From NCBI GenBank assembly GCA_019057815.1, contig JAHLWR010000001.1, positions 96,001-160,000 of the forward strand: 64,000 nt of DNA, read 5' to 3'. Below, in pieces: positions 1 through 9,002 of the stretch (its first letter is position 1; every line of letters starts with the position of its first letter). A model generated the notes under the pieces. It had not been told where the DNA came from. It saw only the letters and a list, made by a program, of their open reading frames with translations, and did not search any database. Source of the DNA: Candidatus Heimdallarchaeota archaeon (lineage in GTDB: Archaea > Asgardarchaeota > Heimdallarchaeia > Heimdallarchaeales > Heimdallarchaeaceae). The translations under genes and the position numbers were made by a program.

Positions 1-666
1 ATATATAACACGAGATACTACTTGTGTTGTTAGGGGTTGTTTTTTCAATTCTAACTTTTCTAGAACGATTTTCTCAATTTCATCGGTTCCGTATGAAGCA
101 TAAGTTCCTACAGCTCCAGAGATTTTCCCATAAGCGACATTTGTATTTATTAATAATTCTTTAACTAAAATTAACTCATTCAAGAAATTACCTATCTTCA
201 TTCCATATGTTGTAGGGATAGCATGTTGTCCATGAGTTCGTCCAATACATACAAGATCTTTGTATTTTAAAGCTAAATCTGAAGCAATTTTGATTGTTTC
301 ATTCAGAGTTTCTAAAATGATGTTTCTTGCATCCTTTAGCTGTAAACCTCTAACTGTATCTTGAATATCATAAGAAGTGGCTCCCAAATGAATATAACCT
401 CCATATTCTCCACATTGCTCAGCTATAGCTTTAACAACACTCATTAAATCGTGATGAATTTCTTTTTCAATTTCCTGCGCTCTTTCCAACATTACATCGG
501 TTGTATTGCATTTTGAATTAATAATTTCAAAGGCTTCCTTTGGTATTTTACCAACTGAATAATTTGCTTCTGCAAGTACTTTTTCAACTAATAATTGGAG
601 TTCAAACTTTCTTTTTGTAGAAAAAACCTCGTTTAACGAGGTTTTATATCTTTCACTTTCTAGCAT
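1..666 (-). CDS. purB: Adenylosuccinate lyase (5' part; runs off window edge)
   Basis: Manual translation from ATG at 666: [10 protein letters not shown]...[10 protein letters not shown]...[14 protein letters not shown]...[15 protein letters not shown]...GKISGAVG. These are fumarase/ASL family motifs. Overlaps the purE stop. Confidence 0.95.
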   Translation of the reverse strand, partial: MLESERYKTSLNEVFSTKRKFELQLLVEKVLAEANYSVGKIPKEAFEIINSKCNTTDVMLERAQEIEKEIHHDLMSVVKAIAEQCGEYGGYIHLGATSYDIQDTVRGLQLKDARNIILETLNETIKIASDLALKYKDLVCIGRTHGQHAIPTTYGMKIGNFLNELILVKELLINTNVAYGKISGAVGTYASYGTDEIEKIVLEKLELKKQPLTTQVVSRVIY

Positions 667-1045
667 TTTTCACACCTAAGATTCGAAGAGCTAAATAAGC
701 CGCATTTTGCCCATTATCTATTCCGACAGTTGCCACAGGGACGCCTTTAGGCATTTGAACTATTGATAACAAAGCATCTAAACCATTAAGGGCAACAGAG
801 ACAGGGACCCCAATGACAGGACGTTCAGTTATTGCAGCAACAACACCCGGAAGAGCAGCAGCTAGTCCAGCTATACATATAAAAATATCCGCTTTTGAGT
901 TCTTTACTTTATCCACAAGTTTTTCATGTTCTCTATGAGCTGATATATAATTAATTTCAAAAAAAACATTATTTTCCTCTAGAACCTTTGCAACTTTATC
1001 AACTATATGAGAGTCACTCTTACTTCCTGCTATTATATCAATCAT
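653..1045 (-). CDS. purE: N5-CAIR mutase / AIR carboxylase
   Basis: [38 protein letters not shown] motifs. Confidence 0.97.
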   Translation of the reverse strand: MIDIIAGSKSDSHIVDKVAKVLEENNVFFEINYISAHREHEKLVDKVKNSKADIFICIAGLAAALPGVVAAITERPVIGVPVSVALNGLDALLSIVQMPKGVPVATVGIDNGQNAAYLALRILGVKNARK

Positions 1046-1047
1046 AT

Positions 1048-3228
1048 TTATTCCTCCATAAATTTAGGGATAGCATTTCTCCAATTATCATACAATTCTT
1101 GGATACAGAGAGAAATACTATCGTTAATTTCTATTCGAGTTTTTTCTGTAACAATACCCACAATTCCATAATCTGTTTTAAGTTCTTGAAGAACTTTTTC
1201 TGTTTCACACAAATTTTCAGAAGACACTTCAATCAAGTATCTGGCTGGCGATTCAGTGAAAAGATATTCTTCCATAGATAATTTGGTTTTTGAGGGAATT
1301 GAAGAAGTAGTTAACTTTACACCTAATTTGTTTTGAAAGGTCATTTCGATTGATGACACCACTAACCCACCATTTGATATATCGTGACAGCTTTCTATTA
1401 AATTAATCTTATTCAAATTAATAATTGCTTCAATCGAGTTATTTTCTTTCTTAAAATCATATTTGGGTATTGGTCCCGTTACTATTCCATGATTATATCG
1501 AAGATATTCAGAACCACCCAATAAGCCTTCAGTGCTACCTATTACTATTATATGGTTTCCGGTTTTTTGAAAGCTATTTTGTAATAATAAACTCTCGTTC
1601 TCAATAATTCCTAACATACCTATCGTAGGAGTAGGATTAATTCTTTCTCTTTTCTCATTGTGAACACTTTCGTTGTAAAATGAGACATTTCCACCAATAA
1701 TAGGGATTTGAAAATCATGAGAAAATTGACCTAAACCTTTTACAGATTCGACAAATTGCCAATAAGAATCAGGCTGCTCAGGGTTACCATAATTAAGACA
1801 ATCTACTAATGCATAGGGAGTTGCACCCATAGTTATAAGATTCCTCATTACCTCTGCAGCGGAGTTGGCAGTGCCGTTGAATGGATCTATATAAACCATG
1901 AAAGAATTACAATCTAATGAAAGAGCAATGTGTTTTCCATTGTCTAGTCTAATGACAGCAGCATCAGATCCAGCACCTTTTACAGTTTGTGTCTGAACAT
2001 GTTGATCATATTGTTGGTACACCCAGGATTTGTCACCGATATTTGGGGAGGTTAGTAGTTTAGATATTTCGGAACTTATATTCTCCGAAAGAGGTAAATT
2101 GATTTTGGAGTTTTTACCTATATAATCTGGTTTTACTGATTTCCTTTCTGGTTCAGGACATCCATTTACAACTAAATCAACAGGAAGGTCACTAACTTTG
2201 TTTCCATTATAATATGTAATAAAATGACTATTATCTGTCACTTCACCTATAATAGCGTGAAGAAGATCAAATCTATCTAAAATATATTGCACCCTATCAA
2301 CATTGTTTGGAGAAACAACTGCTAACATTCGCTCTTGAGATTCAGAAACTAGTATCTCCCATGATTCCATCTCTTTTTCTCTAAGAGGTACATCTTCAAC
2401 TCTTATTATTGCGCCTGTGTTACCCTTTTCAGTCATTTCTGAAACTGCACAACTTAATCCTCCCCCACCTAAATCTTGAAGTCCATCTAGTAGACCTTCT
2501 TCTACTAATTCAAGAGTTGCATCTATAACCACCTTTTCCATCAAAGGGTCTCCAATTTGTACAGCAGGTCGATCTTTATCACTTTTATCTGATAAATCCT
2601 TTGAAGCAAAGGAAACGCCATGGATTCCATCTTTCCCTGTTCTTGCACCATATAAAATTAGGAAACTTCCTGGTTTTGAAGCAATGCTTCTAACAACTTT
2701 TTCTTTTTCAATCAGACCTACACACATTACATTAACTAAACAATTACTCTCATAAGCTGTACTGAATTCAACTTCTCCACCTACTGTAGGAATCCCGCAA
2801 CAATTCCCATAGAAAGAAATTCCTCTAACCACATTTTCGAATAGATTTCTTGAGTGATGAGAATCTAAATCTCCAAATCTGATAGAATCTAGTAGAGCTA
2901 TTGGTTTACAACCTTGAGATAGAATATCTCTTATAATTCCCCCAACACCTGTTGCAGCTCCATCAAATGGACTTATAGCTGATGGATGGTTATGACTCTC
3001 GAGTCCCAAACCAATTAGTAAACCGTCACCGATATCGACAAGTCCAGCTCCTTCACCTATTCCTAAAAAGAGATATGGTGCTTTGATATTAAATAGATGA
3101 AACCAGCGTTTAGAGGATTTGTATGAGCAATGTTCACTCCACATTGCTTCCAGAATCGCTAATTCAGCTTTATTAGGTTCTCTGCCAATTGTCATCAATA
3201 CTTTTCCATACTCTTCTGGTGTTAGCAT
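1048..3228 (-). CDS. purL: Phosphoribosylformylglycinamidine synthase subunit PurL
   Basis: [59 protein letters not shown]. Confidence 0.98.
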   Translation of the reverse strand: MLTPEEYGKVLMTIGREPNKAELAILEAMWSEHCSYKSSKRWFHLFNIKAPYLFLGIGEGAGLVDIGDGLLIGLGLESHNHPSAISPFDGAATGVGGIIRDILSQGCKPIALLDSIRFGDLDSHHSRNLFENVVRGISFYGNCCGIPTVGGEVEFSTAYESNCLVNVMCVGLIEKEKVVRSIASKPGSFLILYGARTGKDGIHGVSFASKDLSDKSDKDRPAVQIGDPLMEKVVIDATLELVEEGLLDGLQDLGGGGLSCAVSEMTEKGNTGAIIRVEDVPLREKEMESWEILVSESQERMLAVVSPNNVDRVQYILDRFDLLHAIIGEVTDNSHFITYYNGNKVSDLPVDLVVNGCPEPERKSVKPDYIGKNSKINLPLSENISSEISKLLTSPNIGDKSWVYQQYDQHVQTQTVKGAGSDAAVIRLDNGKHIALSLDCNSFMVYIDPFNGTANSAAEVMRNLITMGATPYALVDCLNYGNPEQPDSYWQFVESVKGLGQFSHDFQIPIIGGNVSFYNESVHNEKRERINPTPTIGMLGIIENESLLLQNSFQKTGNHIIVIGSTEGLLGGSEYLRYNHGIVTGPIPKYDFKKENNSIEAIINLNKINLIESCHDISNGGLVVSSIEMTFQNKLGVKLTTSSIPSKTKLSMEEYLFTESPARYLIEVSSENLCETEKVLQELKTDYGIVGIVTEKTRIEINDSISLCIQELYDNWRNAIPKFMEE

Positions 3229-3911
3229 TTTAATTCCTCGATTAAATTTTCGAAAATTGAACGTCCATCAATTGAACCTAAATAGTGGAAACTCGATCTT
3301 TCAGGATGAGGCATCATTCCTAGAACATTTCCCTTATCATTCACAATTCCTGCAATATTTGCAATAGAACCGTTTGGGTTACTCATAGACTCAACTACTT
3401 TTTTTTCATTACAGTACTGGAAAGCAATTTGAGAATTATCTTTTAATTGTTTGATTGATGCTTCAGTATTGTAATAATTACCCTCATAATGAGCAATAGG
3501 AATTCGCAGAACCTTTGATTCTAACCCTTTGAGGAGAGGAGAATTAGTTTTATTTACTTTAATATTAACCCATTTTGAGATAAATCTTGTTGAAGTGTTT
3601 GTAGTAAGAACACCTGGTAGATAATTAGCTTCACATAACATCTGAAAGCCATTACAAATACCAAGAACGAACTTTTCAGAAATTATAAAATCGTGAAGTT
3701 CATCAATTAGACTTGTTCTTGCAGCTACTACTCCGGCACGTAAATAATCACCATAAGAGAATCCACCAGCAAGAATCAAAGCATCAAAATCTTTCAGCTT
3801 CCTATAATCTCTTGGATATAATAACTCATTTTCGACATTAAGACAATTTAAAACACGTGTAACATCTTGTTCATTATTTGTTCCTGGAAACTTAGTAATG
3901 CCTATTTTCAT
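3222..3911 (-). CDS. purQ: FGAM synthase glutaminase subunit PurQ (start probably ATG 3911)
   Basis: FPGTN, GGFSYGDYLRAG, GICNGFQ, NPNGS, MMPHPER. Confidence 0.97.
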   Translation of the reverse strand: MKIGITKFPGTNNEQDVTRVLNCLNVENELLYPRDYRKLKDFDALILAGGFSYGDYLRAGVVAARTSLIDELHDFIISEKFVLGICNGFQMLCEANYLPGVLTTNTSTRFISKWVNIKVNKTNSPLLKGLESKVLRIPIAHYEGNYYNTEASIKQLKDNSQIAFQYCNEKKVVESMSNPNGSIANIAGIVNDKGNVLGMMPHPERSSFHYLGSIDGRSIFENLIEELKC

Positions 3912-3915
3912 TTTA

Positions 3916-4884
3916 TTATCTCTCCTCTTCAAACCACAAATCTATGGAATAATCTTCAATTAACGGATTCGAGAAGAGTTTTTCGCTCATATCATTTAAA
4001 TTCTTTAATAATTCGGAAGAAGGAGCAGTTAGGCAGTTAACAAAAACATGTTTTCCCAATCTTACATTATCTATTTCTTGATAATTCATCCTATTTAATG
4101 ACCTTAGAGTTACTTCACCTGCAGGATCTAATACAGTTTTTTTCAGCTTGACAATAACCTGAGCCTTTGTTGATAAAGATAATTCAGGTAACTTTGACAA
4201 TTTGGATAATTTGTCGTAGACATCATTATAATGTTGAATAACATCACCCATGTCTTTTCGATAACGATCTTTATCTTTTACTTCACCAGTTTCTTTATCC
4301 CACAACCGCATGGAATCCCCAGAAATTTCATCGGCAACAATAATCCTCCCATCATGAGTTCTCCCAAATTCTAGTTTAAAATCAACAAGTTGGAGTGAAA
4401 TCATATCAAAGAGTTCAACCAATATAGTGTTTACGGCCCTTGTTACTGCTTTCATAAGCATCACCTCTTTTTTGGTCATCCATTCAAGTTGTATAGCAAC
4501 TTCTTGAGTAACTAGAGGATCATATAACTCATCATCTTTGTAGAAGAACTCAATGACTGGTGGTAAAAGCTCCAGTCCTTGTGTTACTCCATATCTTCTA
4601 CAAAAACTACCAGCAGTAACATTTCTACAAACGACTTCAACTGGAATTATCTCAACTTTATCGCATATTAGCGTGTTATTATCTAGCATGGAATGATAAT
4701 GAGTACGAATGCCATATTCGTTAAGAATCTCAAAAAGCTTTGCTGACATTCTACAATTAGCTTCTCCTTTTCCTTGTATAATATCTTTTTTTTCTCCATC
4801 AAAAGCAGAAATAGAATCGCGAAAAATTAGCTTGACTTTGTTATTTTCATAAATCTTAACATCTTTTGCTTTTCCAGAATACAT
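3916..4884 (-). CDS. purC: SAICAR synthetase fused to a C-terminal PurS domain (start probably ATG 4884)
   Basis: YSGKAK, IPVEVVCRN, VDFKLEFG, ADEISGDSMRLWD, DKDRYR; the last ~80 aa match PurS (VLDPAG, VRLGK, LFSNPLIEDY). Confidence 0.92.
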   Translation of the reverse strand: MYSGKAKDVKIYENNKVKLIFRDSISAFDGEKKDIIQGKGEANCRMSAKLFEILNEYGIRTHYHSMLDNNTLICDKVEIIPVEVVCRNVTAGSFCRRYGVTQGLELLPPVIEFFYKDDELYDPLVTQEVAIQLEWMTKKEVMLMKAVTRAVNTILVELFDMISLQLVDFKLEFGRTHDGRIIVADEISGDSMRLWDKETGEVKDKDRYRKDMGDVIQHYNDVYDKLSKLSKLPELSLSTKAQVIVKLKKTVLDPAGEVTLRSLNRMNYQEIDNVRLGKHVFVNCLTAPSSELLKNLNDMSEKLFSNPLIEDYSIDLWFEEER

Positions 4885-4967
4885 TATAGCGCATAACCTC
4901 TTTGCAGTATATTGTAAATTCGTGTTAAGTTTACTCTGACCAATTGAAATAAGTTTAATTAATAAAG

Positions 4968-5105
4968 TTTGCGAAAACAAACATAAGAAAAGGTGTGTTC
5001 AACTCAAGAAGATTTAAAAACAATTGCTCTTTATTCCGCTTAGCGAAATAGTTTGCAGTGTAATGCAAATGGTTTCGTTTTATTTTTGATTCATTAGCGA
5101 AAAAT
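4968..5105. promoter_or_regulatory. Repeated GCGAAA boxes in the divergent pur / PurR-like intergenic region (candidate operator)
   Basis: GCGAAA at 4971, 5043 and 5097 in AT-rich context; the CGAA core resembles Firmicute PurBoxes. Confidence 0.3.
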
Positions 5106-5172
5106 AGTGATAGAAAAAGCATCAAGAAAGCATTATCATAGTTACTTAACTTTTCATTGAAAGAATGATGTT

Positions 5173-5982
5173 GTGACATACCAAAATTTTTTACTTAAGC
5201 TTCATAATGAATATATGATGACTGTAGACAGCTATGTTGATTCCCAAGAAAAGTTAATGACAATTAATCTTTTACAAATAGCATTCAAACGCTTTGAAAC
5301 TTTAGAGAATTTAAAAAATTACCTTTTGAAAAAAGGTGTTGAGGTTTCGATAGCGAACTTATCTCGGTATATAAATGGTAAAGCCTTACCAAAATCGAAG
5401 TTAAAAGAAAAACTTCTAAATGTGCTAATTCAAAATAAAGACTTAGGCTTAACAATTCAAACATTAATTAACAAACGCATTACAATTATATCAAATAACT
5501 CTGAAAATATTTCTGTTAATAATAGCCATTTGTTAAATGATTCAAAGATTCTTACTACAATATTGTTTATAGCATTACGCAAAGGAATCATAAGCAGAGA
5601 TGTTGATAAAGTTATCACGGCTGAAGTAGATGGAATTCCCATTGGTATGATTTTAGGGCAACTCTTGAATGTTGATTGCGTTTATGCAAGGAAGAAAAAA
5701 CTTGTAGGAACAACAAAAGTTCATTATGAAGATGTACAATCACATGGTTCAGGGAGGATGGATACGCTATACTTACCGGATAAATTCATCAGAAATGGTG
5801 AAAAAGTGATAATAGTCGATGATGTTATACGCTCAGGATCAACACAAAGAGCGTTAATAAGCTTGGTAAGAAGATCAGGAGGAAACCCAAGCCAGATAAT
5901 AACATTGATAGGAATTGGTGACCATTGGAAAGAGATTACAACACTTGATTCGATACCATTTAAATCATTAATAATTCTTTGA
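5173..5982 (+). CDS. HTH + phosphoribosyltransferase protein (PurR-like purine regulator); true start may be 5215-5257
   Basis: N-terminal HTH (SIANLSRYINGKALP), PRPP loop VIIVDDVIRSGST, TAEVDGIP, YARKKK; divergent from pur operon. Confidence 0.8.
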   Translation: MTYQNFLLKLHNEYMMTVDSYVDSQEKLMTINLLQIAFKRFETLENLKNYLLKKGVEVSIANLSRYINGKALPKSKLKEKLLNVLIQNKDLGLTIQTLINKRITIISNNSENISVNNSHLLNDSKILTTILFIALRKGIISRDVDKVITAEVDGIPIGMILGQLLNVDCVYARKKKLVGTTKVHYEDVQSHGSGRMDTLYLPDKFIRNGEKVIIVDDVIRSGSTQRALISLVRRSGGNPSQIITLIGIGDHWKEITTLDSIPFKSLIIL

Positions 5983-6039
5983 AATCAATTCCGAGAAATT
6001 ATCCAAACCTTTTTTAAAAATCGCAAACATTACTTAATT

Positions 6040-6939
6040 ATGCCATATGATAGGATGACAAATAACTTGCACCAGAGTGTTTTTGCGTTAATTATTGGGG
6101 CAGGATTTAGTTCACTGTTAATCGCATTTTTTGGAGTAGAATCGCTGATTTTTGCAATTCTTGAAGTTCCTTTAGCATTCTTAATAGCTTTAATAACTAT
6201 AACAGAGTGTATCTATTCGTACAATGAAGAGGTCTCAATGCAAACAACGTTCAATATGGTTGGACCTTTATTAAAGTCGATTTTAATCTCAATTCCTGTC
6301 GTTCTGATGTACTCTGCTATTATCTTAATATTAGATAAAACCGTCACCAAATTTCATGATGCAATACAACCTCTTTTTGATCAGACAATTCAAAGTTTAG
6401 GTCCAATAGCAGCTATCCCTATCATATGCTTTTTACCCGTTCTACTGATGAATTTCGCTATGCCTTTGTTTCTATATTTCTATGGAAGCGTCCACGTCTT
6501 ATTCTGGGGAAGAAAAGCAAGATCTGATAAAAAAAGAGCGAAAGATGAACTAGCAGGCGATGTAAAGGAAAAAGAGTATCAAGATAAAGTAGATGAAGTC
6601 ATCGCTAAATTTGAAGATGATGCAACAAAATTGCACCAATACCTTCTAGAATTACAAGCTTTTGATTCACTAATCGAACAAATAGAAGATCATGTATCAT
6701 ACAAAGGGATGGCAAGTAGACTAGTAATGATGAAAGATTATGTCATTTCTCTAGCAGAAGTCCCTGAAGAAAAAATATACAAAACAATTATAAAAGAAGA
6801 TGAAGTTAAAGAGAAAGCTGAAGCGGTAGAGATGCAAAGCAAGACAGTTATAGACATCGTTGAGAAAAATATGAAGAAATTAATAGATGAAAAGGGACAA
6901 TTTGAGAAAGAACCAGAAGAAGAAAGCGAAGAATATTAG
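6040..6939 (+). CDS. Hypothetical membrane protein (~4 TM plus charged helical C-terminus)
   Basis: Hydrophobic N-half, E/K-rich C-half; no family recognised. Confidence 0.7.
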   Translation: MPYDRMTNNLHQSVFALIIGAGFSSLLIAFFGVESLIFAILEVPLAFLIALITITECIYSYNEEVSMQTTFNMVGPLLKSILISIPVVLMYSAIILILDKTVTKFHDAIQPLFDQTIQSLGPIAAIPIICFLPVLLMNFAMPLFLYFYGSVHVLFWGRKARSDKKRAKDELAGDVKEKEYQDKVDEVIAKFEDDATKLHQYLLELQAFDSLIEQIEDHVSYKGMASRLVMMKDYVISLAEVPEEKIYKTIIKEDEVKEKAEAVEMQSKTVIDIVEKNMKKLIDEKGQFEKEPEEESEEY

Positions 6940-6975
6940 ATAAGAAAATAAAAAGAAAGGATAGAAAAAGGAAGT

Positions 6976-7635
6976 CTAATTTTTATTAAAAGCTTCCATT
7001 ACTTTTGAAATGAACATGTCTTCAGGGACGCCACCTTCAAAGGTAACTTTGCCATCATCGATGACAGTTTTGGGGACACCCATCACATTGAATTTTTGAG
7101 ATAAAGCTGAAAATTCGGTAGCTTCAACCATCTCCCCAACAACATTAGGATTAGCCATAGCAATTTTATGGGCAACACGAACAGCTACAGGACAATATGG
7201 ACATGTGGGTGTAACGAATACTTTGATATTCATTGGTCGATCGATTTTCGCAATTTTCTCTAGGTTCTCTTTCTTCAGGGATACTTTCCCATTTGATATA
7301 TCTAGTATACCTTCCACTATTGTGCCGAATTCATAACCTGAAGGTATTCCTGTAAACAGTACTTTTCCTTTAGCTTCTCCTTCAATAAAAGTAGAAGGGT
7401 AGTATTTTACGCTGTATTCCTCAATCTCTGGAGGATTATCTTCCTTTAAGAATTCAATAATTTCTATTTTATCTTTGGGAGCTAATTCTTTTAACATTTC
7501 AAGAATAGCTTTTGTTTCATGACAAGTCAAACACTTTTCTTTATCAATAAACAGTTTAATGGTTACTGTCTTTTCCATGTGTTGGAAAATTTCTCGCACT
7601 TGTCTCTGAACATTCTCGTCTACATTAACACTCAT
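6976..7635 (-). CDS. Protein disulfide oxidoreductase (PDO, two thioredoxin folds)
   Basis: CLTC and CPYC sites, GIPSGYEF, FVTPTCPYCP, VMGVPK. Confidence 0.93.
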   Translation of the reverse strand: MSVNVDENVQRQVREIFQHMEKTVTIKLFIDKEKCLTCHETKAILEMLKELAPKDKIEIIEFLKEDNPPEIEEYSVKYYPSTFIEGEAKGKVLFTGIPSGYEFGTIVEGILDISNGKVSLKKENLEKIAKIDRPMNIKVFVTPTCPYCPVAVRVAHKIAMANPNVVGEMVEATEFSALSQKFNVMGVPKTVIDDGKVTFEGGVPEDMFISKVMEAFNKN

Positions 7636-7724
7636 TATATTTCATCTATGTGCGGTTACTATACACACTTGGATTTTCTTTAATTTAAACATTGTGCACT
7701 AGCAAAAAAGAGAAAAAGAAGAGG

Positions 7725-7997
7725 TTAACCTGTTCGTTTTATAATATGATAGCCAAATTCTGTTTTAACTGCTCCCGACACTTCCCCTTTAGCCAAGGAA
7801 AAAGCTGCTTTCTCGAACTCTTTTACCATTTTTCCTCTTGTAAAGAAGCCTAAACTTCCACCTTTTTTACTTGAAGGACACAAAGAATATTTCTTTGCTA
7901 ATTCTGCAAAGTCTGCTCCTTTTTCCATTTCTTTCAGAATATTATCTGCTTCTGATCTTTTTTTCACCAGTATGTGACTTGCCTTAACTTTCGACAT
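7725..7997 (-). CDS. ppiC: Parvulin-type peptidyl-prolyl isomerase
   Basis: [42 protein letters not shown]. Confidence 0.95.
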   Translation of the reverse strand: MSKVKASHILVKKRSEADNILKEMEKGADFAELAKKYSLCPSSKKGGSLGFFTRGKMVKEFEKAAFSLAKGEVSGAVKTEFGYHIIKRTG

Positions 7998-8019
7998 TTT
8001 TTTTTCACTTCCATTTCCT

Positions 8020-8733
8020 TTATTCTAGGATTATTCTAGCATCTATTGTTATAAGTCCTTTTTCTGTTGCAACAACAGGATTAAGATCCATTTCTTTTAT
8101 TATTGGATTTTCTTCTATTAGTTTTGAGATTTTTAGCATTAGGTTAGTCAATTCTTCCTTTTTTACTTGAGGAAGACCTCTAAAACCTTCAAAGATTTTT
8201 TTCCCTTTAATTTCATTCATCATTTCTTTTACATCCTCTTTTGTTATAGGTATCAATCTAAATGTTACATCTTTGTAAATCTCAGTAAATATTCCCCCGA
8301 TTCCTAGAGCTATCATTTTTCCAAATTGACTGTCAGTCGTACTTCCTATAAGTACTTCTGTCCCTTTGACCATTTCTTCAATGCTGACACCGTCAATTTT
8401 TGCAGTTGGATAATGTTTTTTGATACTAATCATCATATCTTCATAAGATTTCTTGAGCTCTTCATCGGATTTTATTCCTACCTTTACCCCACCAGCATCA
8501 GATTTGTGAATTACATCTTCGGAGACAATTTTCAATGCGATAGGATACCCCACTTCTCTCGCTTTTTCTATACTTTCTTCAGCATTTGTTGCTAGAGCCA
8601 TTTTATTCAATGGTAAACCAGCTAAATCGATTATTTTGCGAGATTCTTCGTAGGTTAGAACTTCCCTTCCTTGGTCTTTTATTTTTTCCAGCATTTTTTT
8701 TATTTCTATGTTCATTTCTCTCATTCTCATCAT
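8020..8733 (-). CDS. acdB: Acetate-CoA ligase (ADP-forming) beta subunit, ATP-grasp
   Basis: [46 protein letters not shown]. Confidence 0.9.
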   Translation of the reverse strand: MMRMREMNIEIKKMLEKIKDQGREVLTYEESRKIIDLAGLPLNKMALATNAEESIEKAREVGYPIALKIVSEDVIHKSDAGGVKVGIKSDEELKKSYEDMMISIKKHYPTAKIDGVSIEEMVKGTEVLIGSTTDSQFGKMIALGIGGIFTEIYKDVTFRLIPITKEDVKEMMNEIKGKKIFEGFRGLPQVKKEELTNLMLKISKLIEENPIIKEMDLNPVVATEKGLITIDARIILE

Positions 8734-8759
8734 ATTTTTTAGTTATACCTGCAACATTT

Positions 8760-8915
8760 TCCTTTCCAAGAAATTAACCTTGATCTACTAGAGCTTTTAT
8801 CGCAATATTTACCTACTCAGGAGCACTAAAAGTTGGTAGACCAAATCTTCTAACCACCTAAAACACTTTAGGTCTTCCAGACCAACAAATGCTATGGTTA
8901 TGGTTTCTCTAGCGC
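8760..8915 (-). pseudogene. Decayed 3' fragment of an acetate-CoA ligase alpha subunit
   Basis: Minus strand reads RETITIAFVG...(frame change)...FGLPTFSAPE*VNIAIKALVDQG*, resembling the AcdA C-terminus (KPivvafvGG...GiPtfptPErAvkAl); stops at 8813-8815 and 8774-8776; directly upstream of acdB. Confidence 0.55.
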
Positions 8916-9002
8916 TTATATCAGTTTCTAGAAAAACTTCTACCACATTCAGTTAAAAAATCTACTATTCGGAATGAAACTTAATTCAAAAAAGAAAGAA
9001 AA

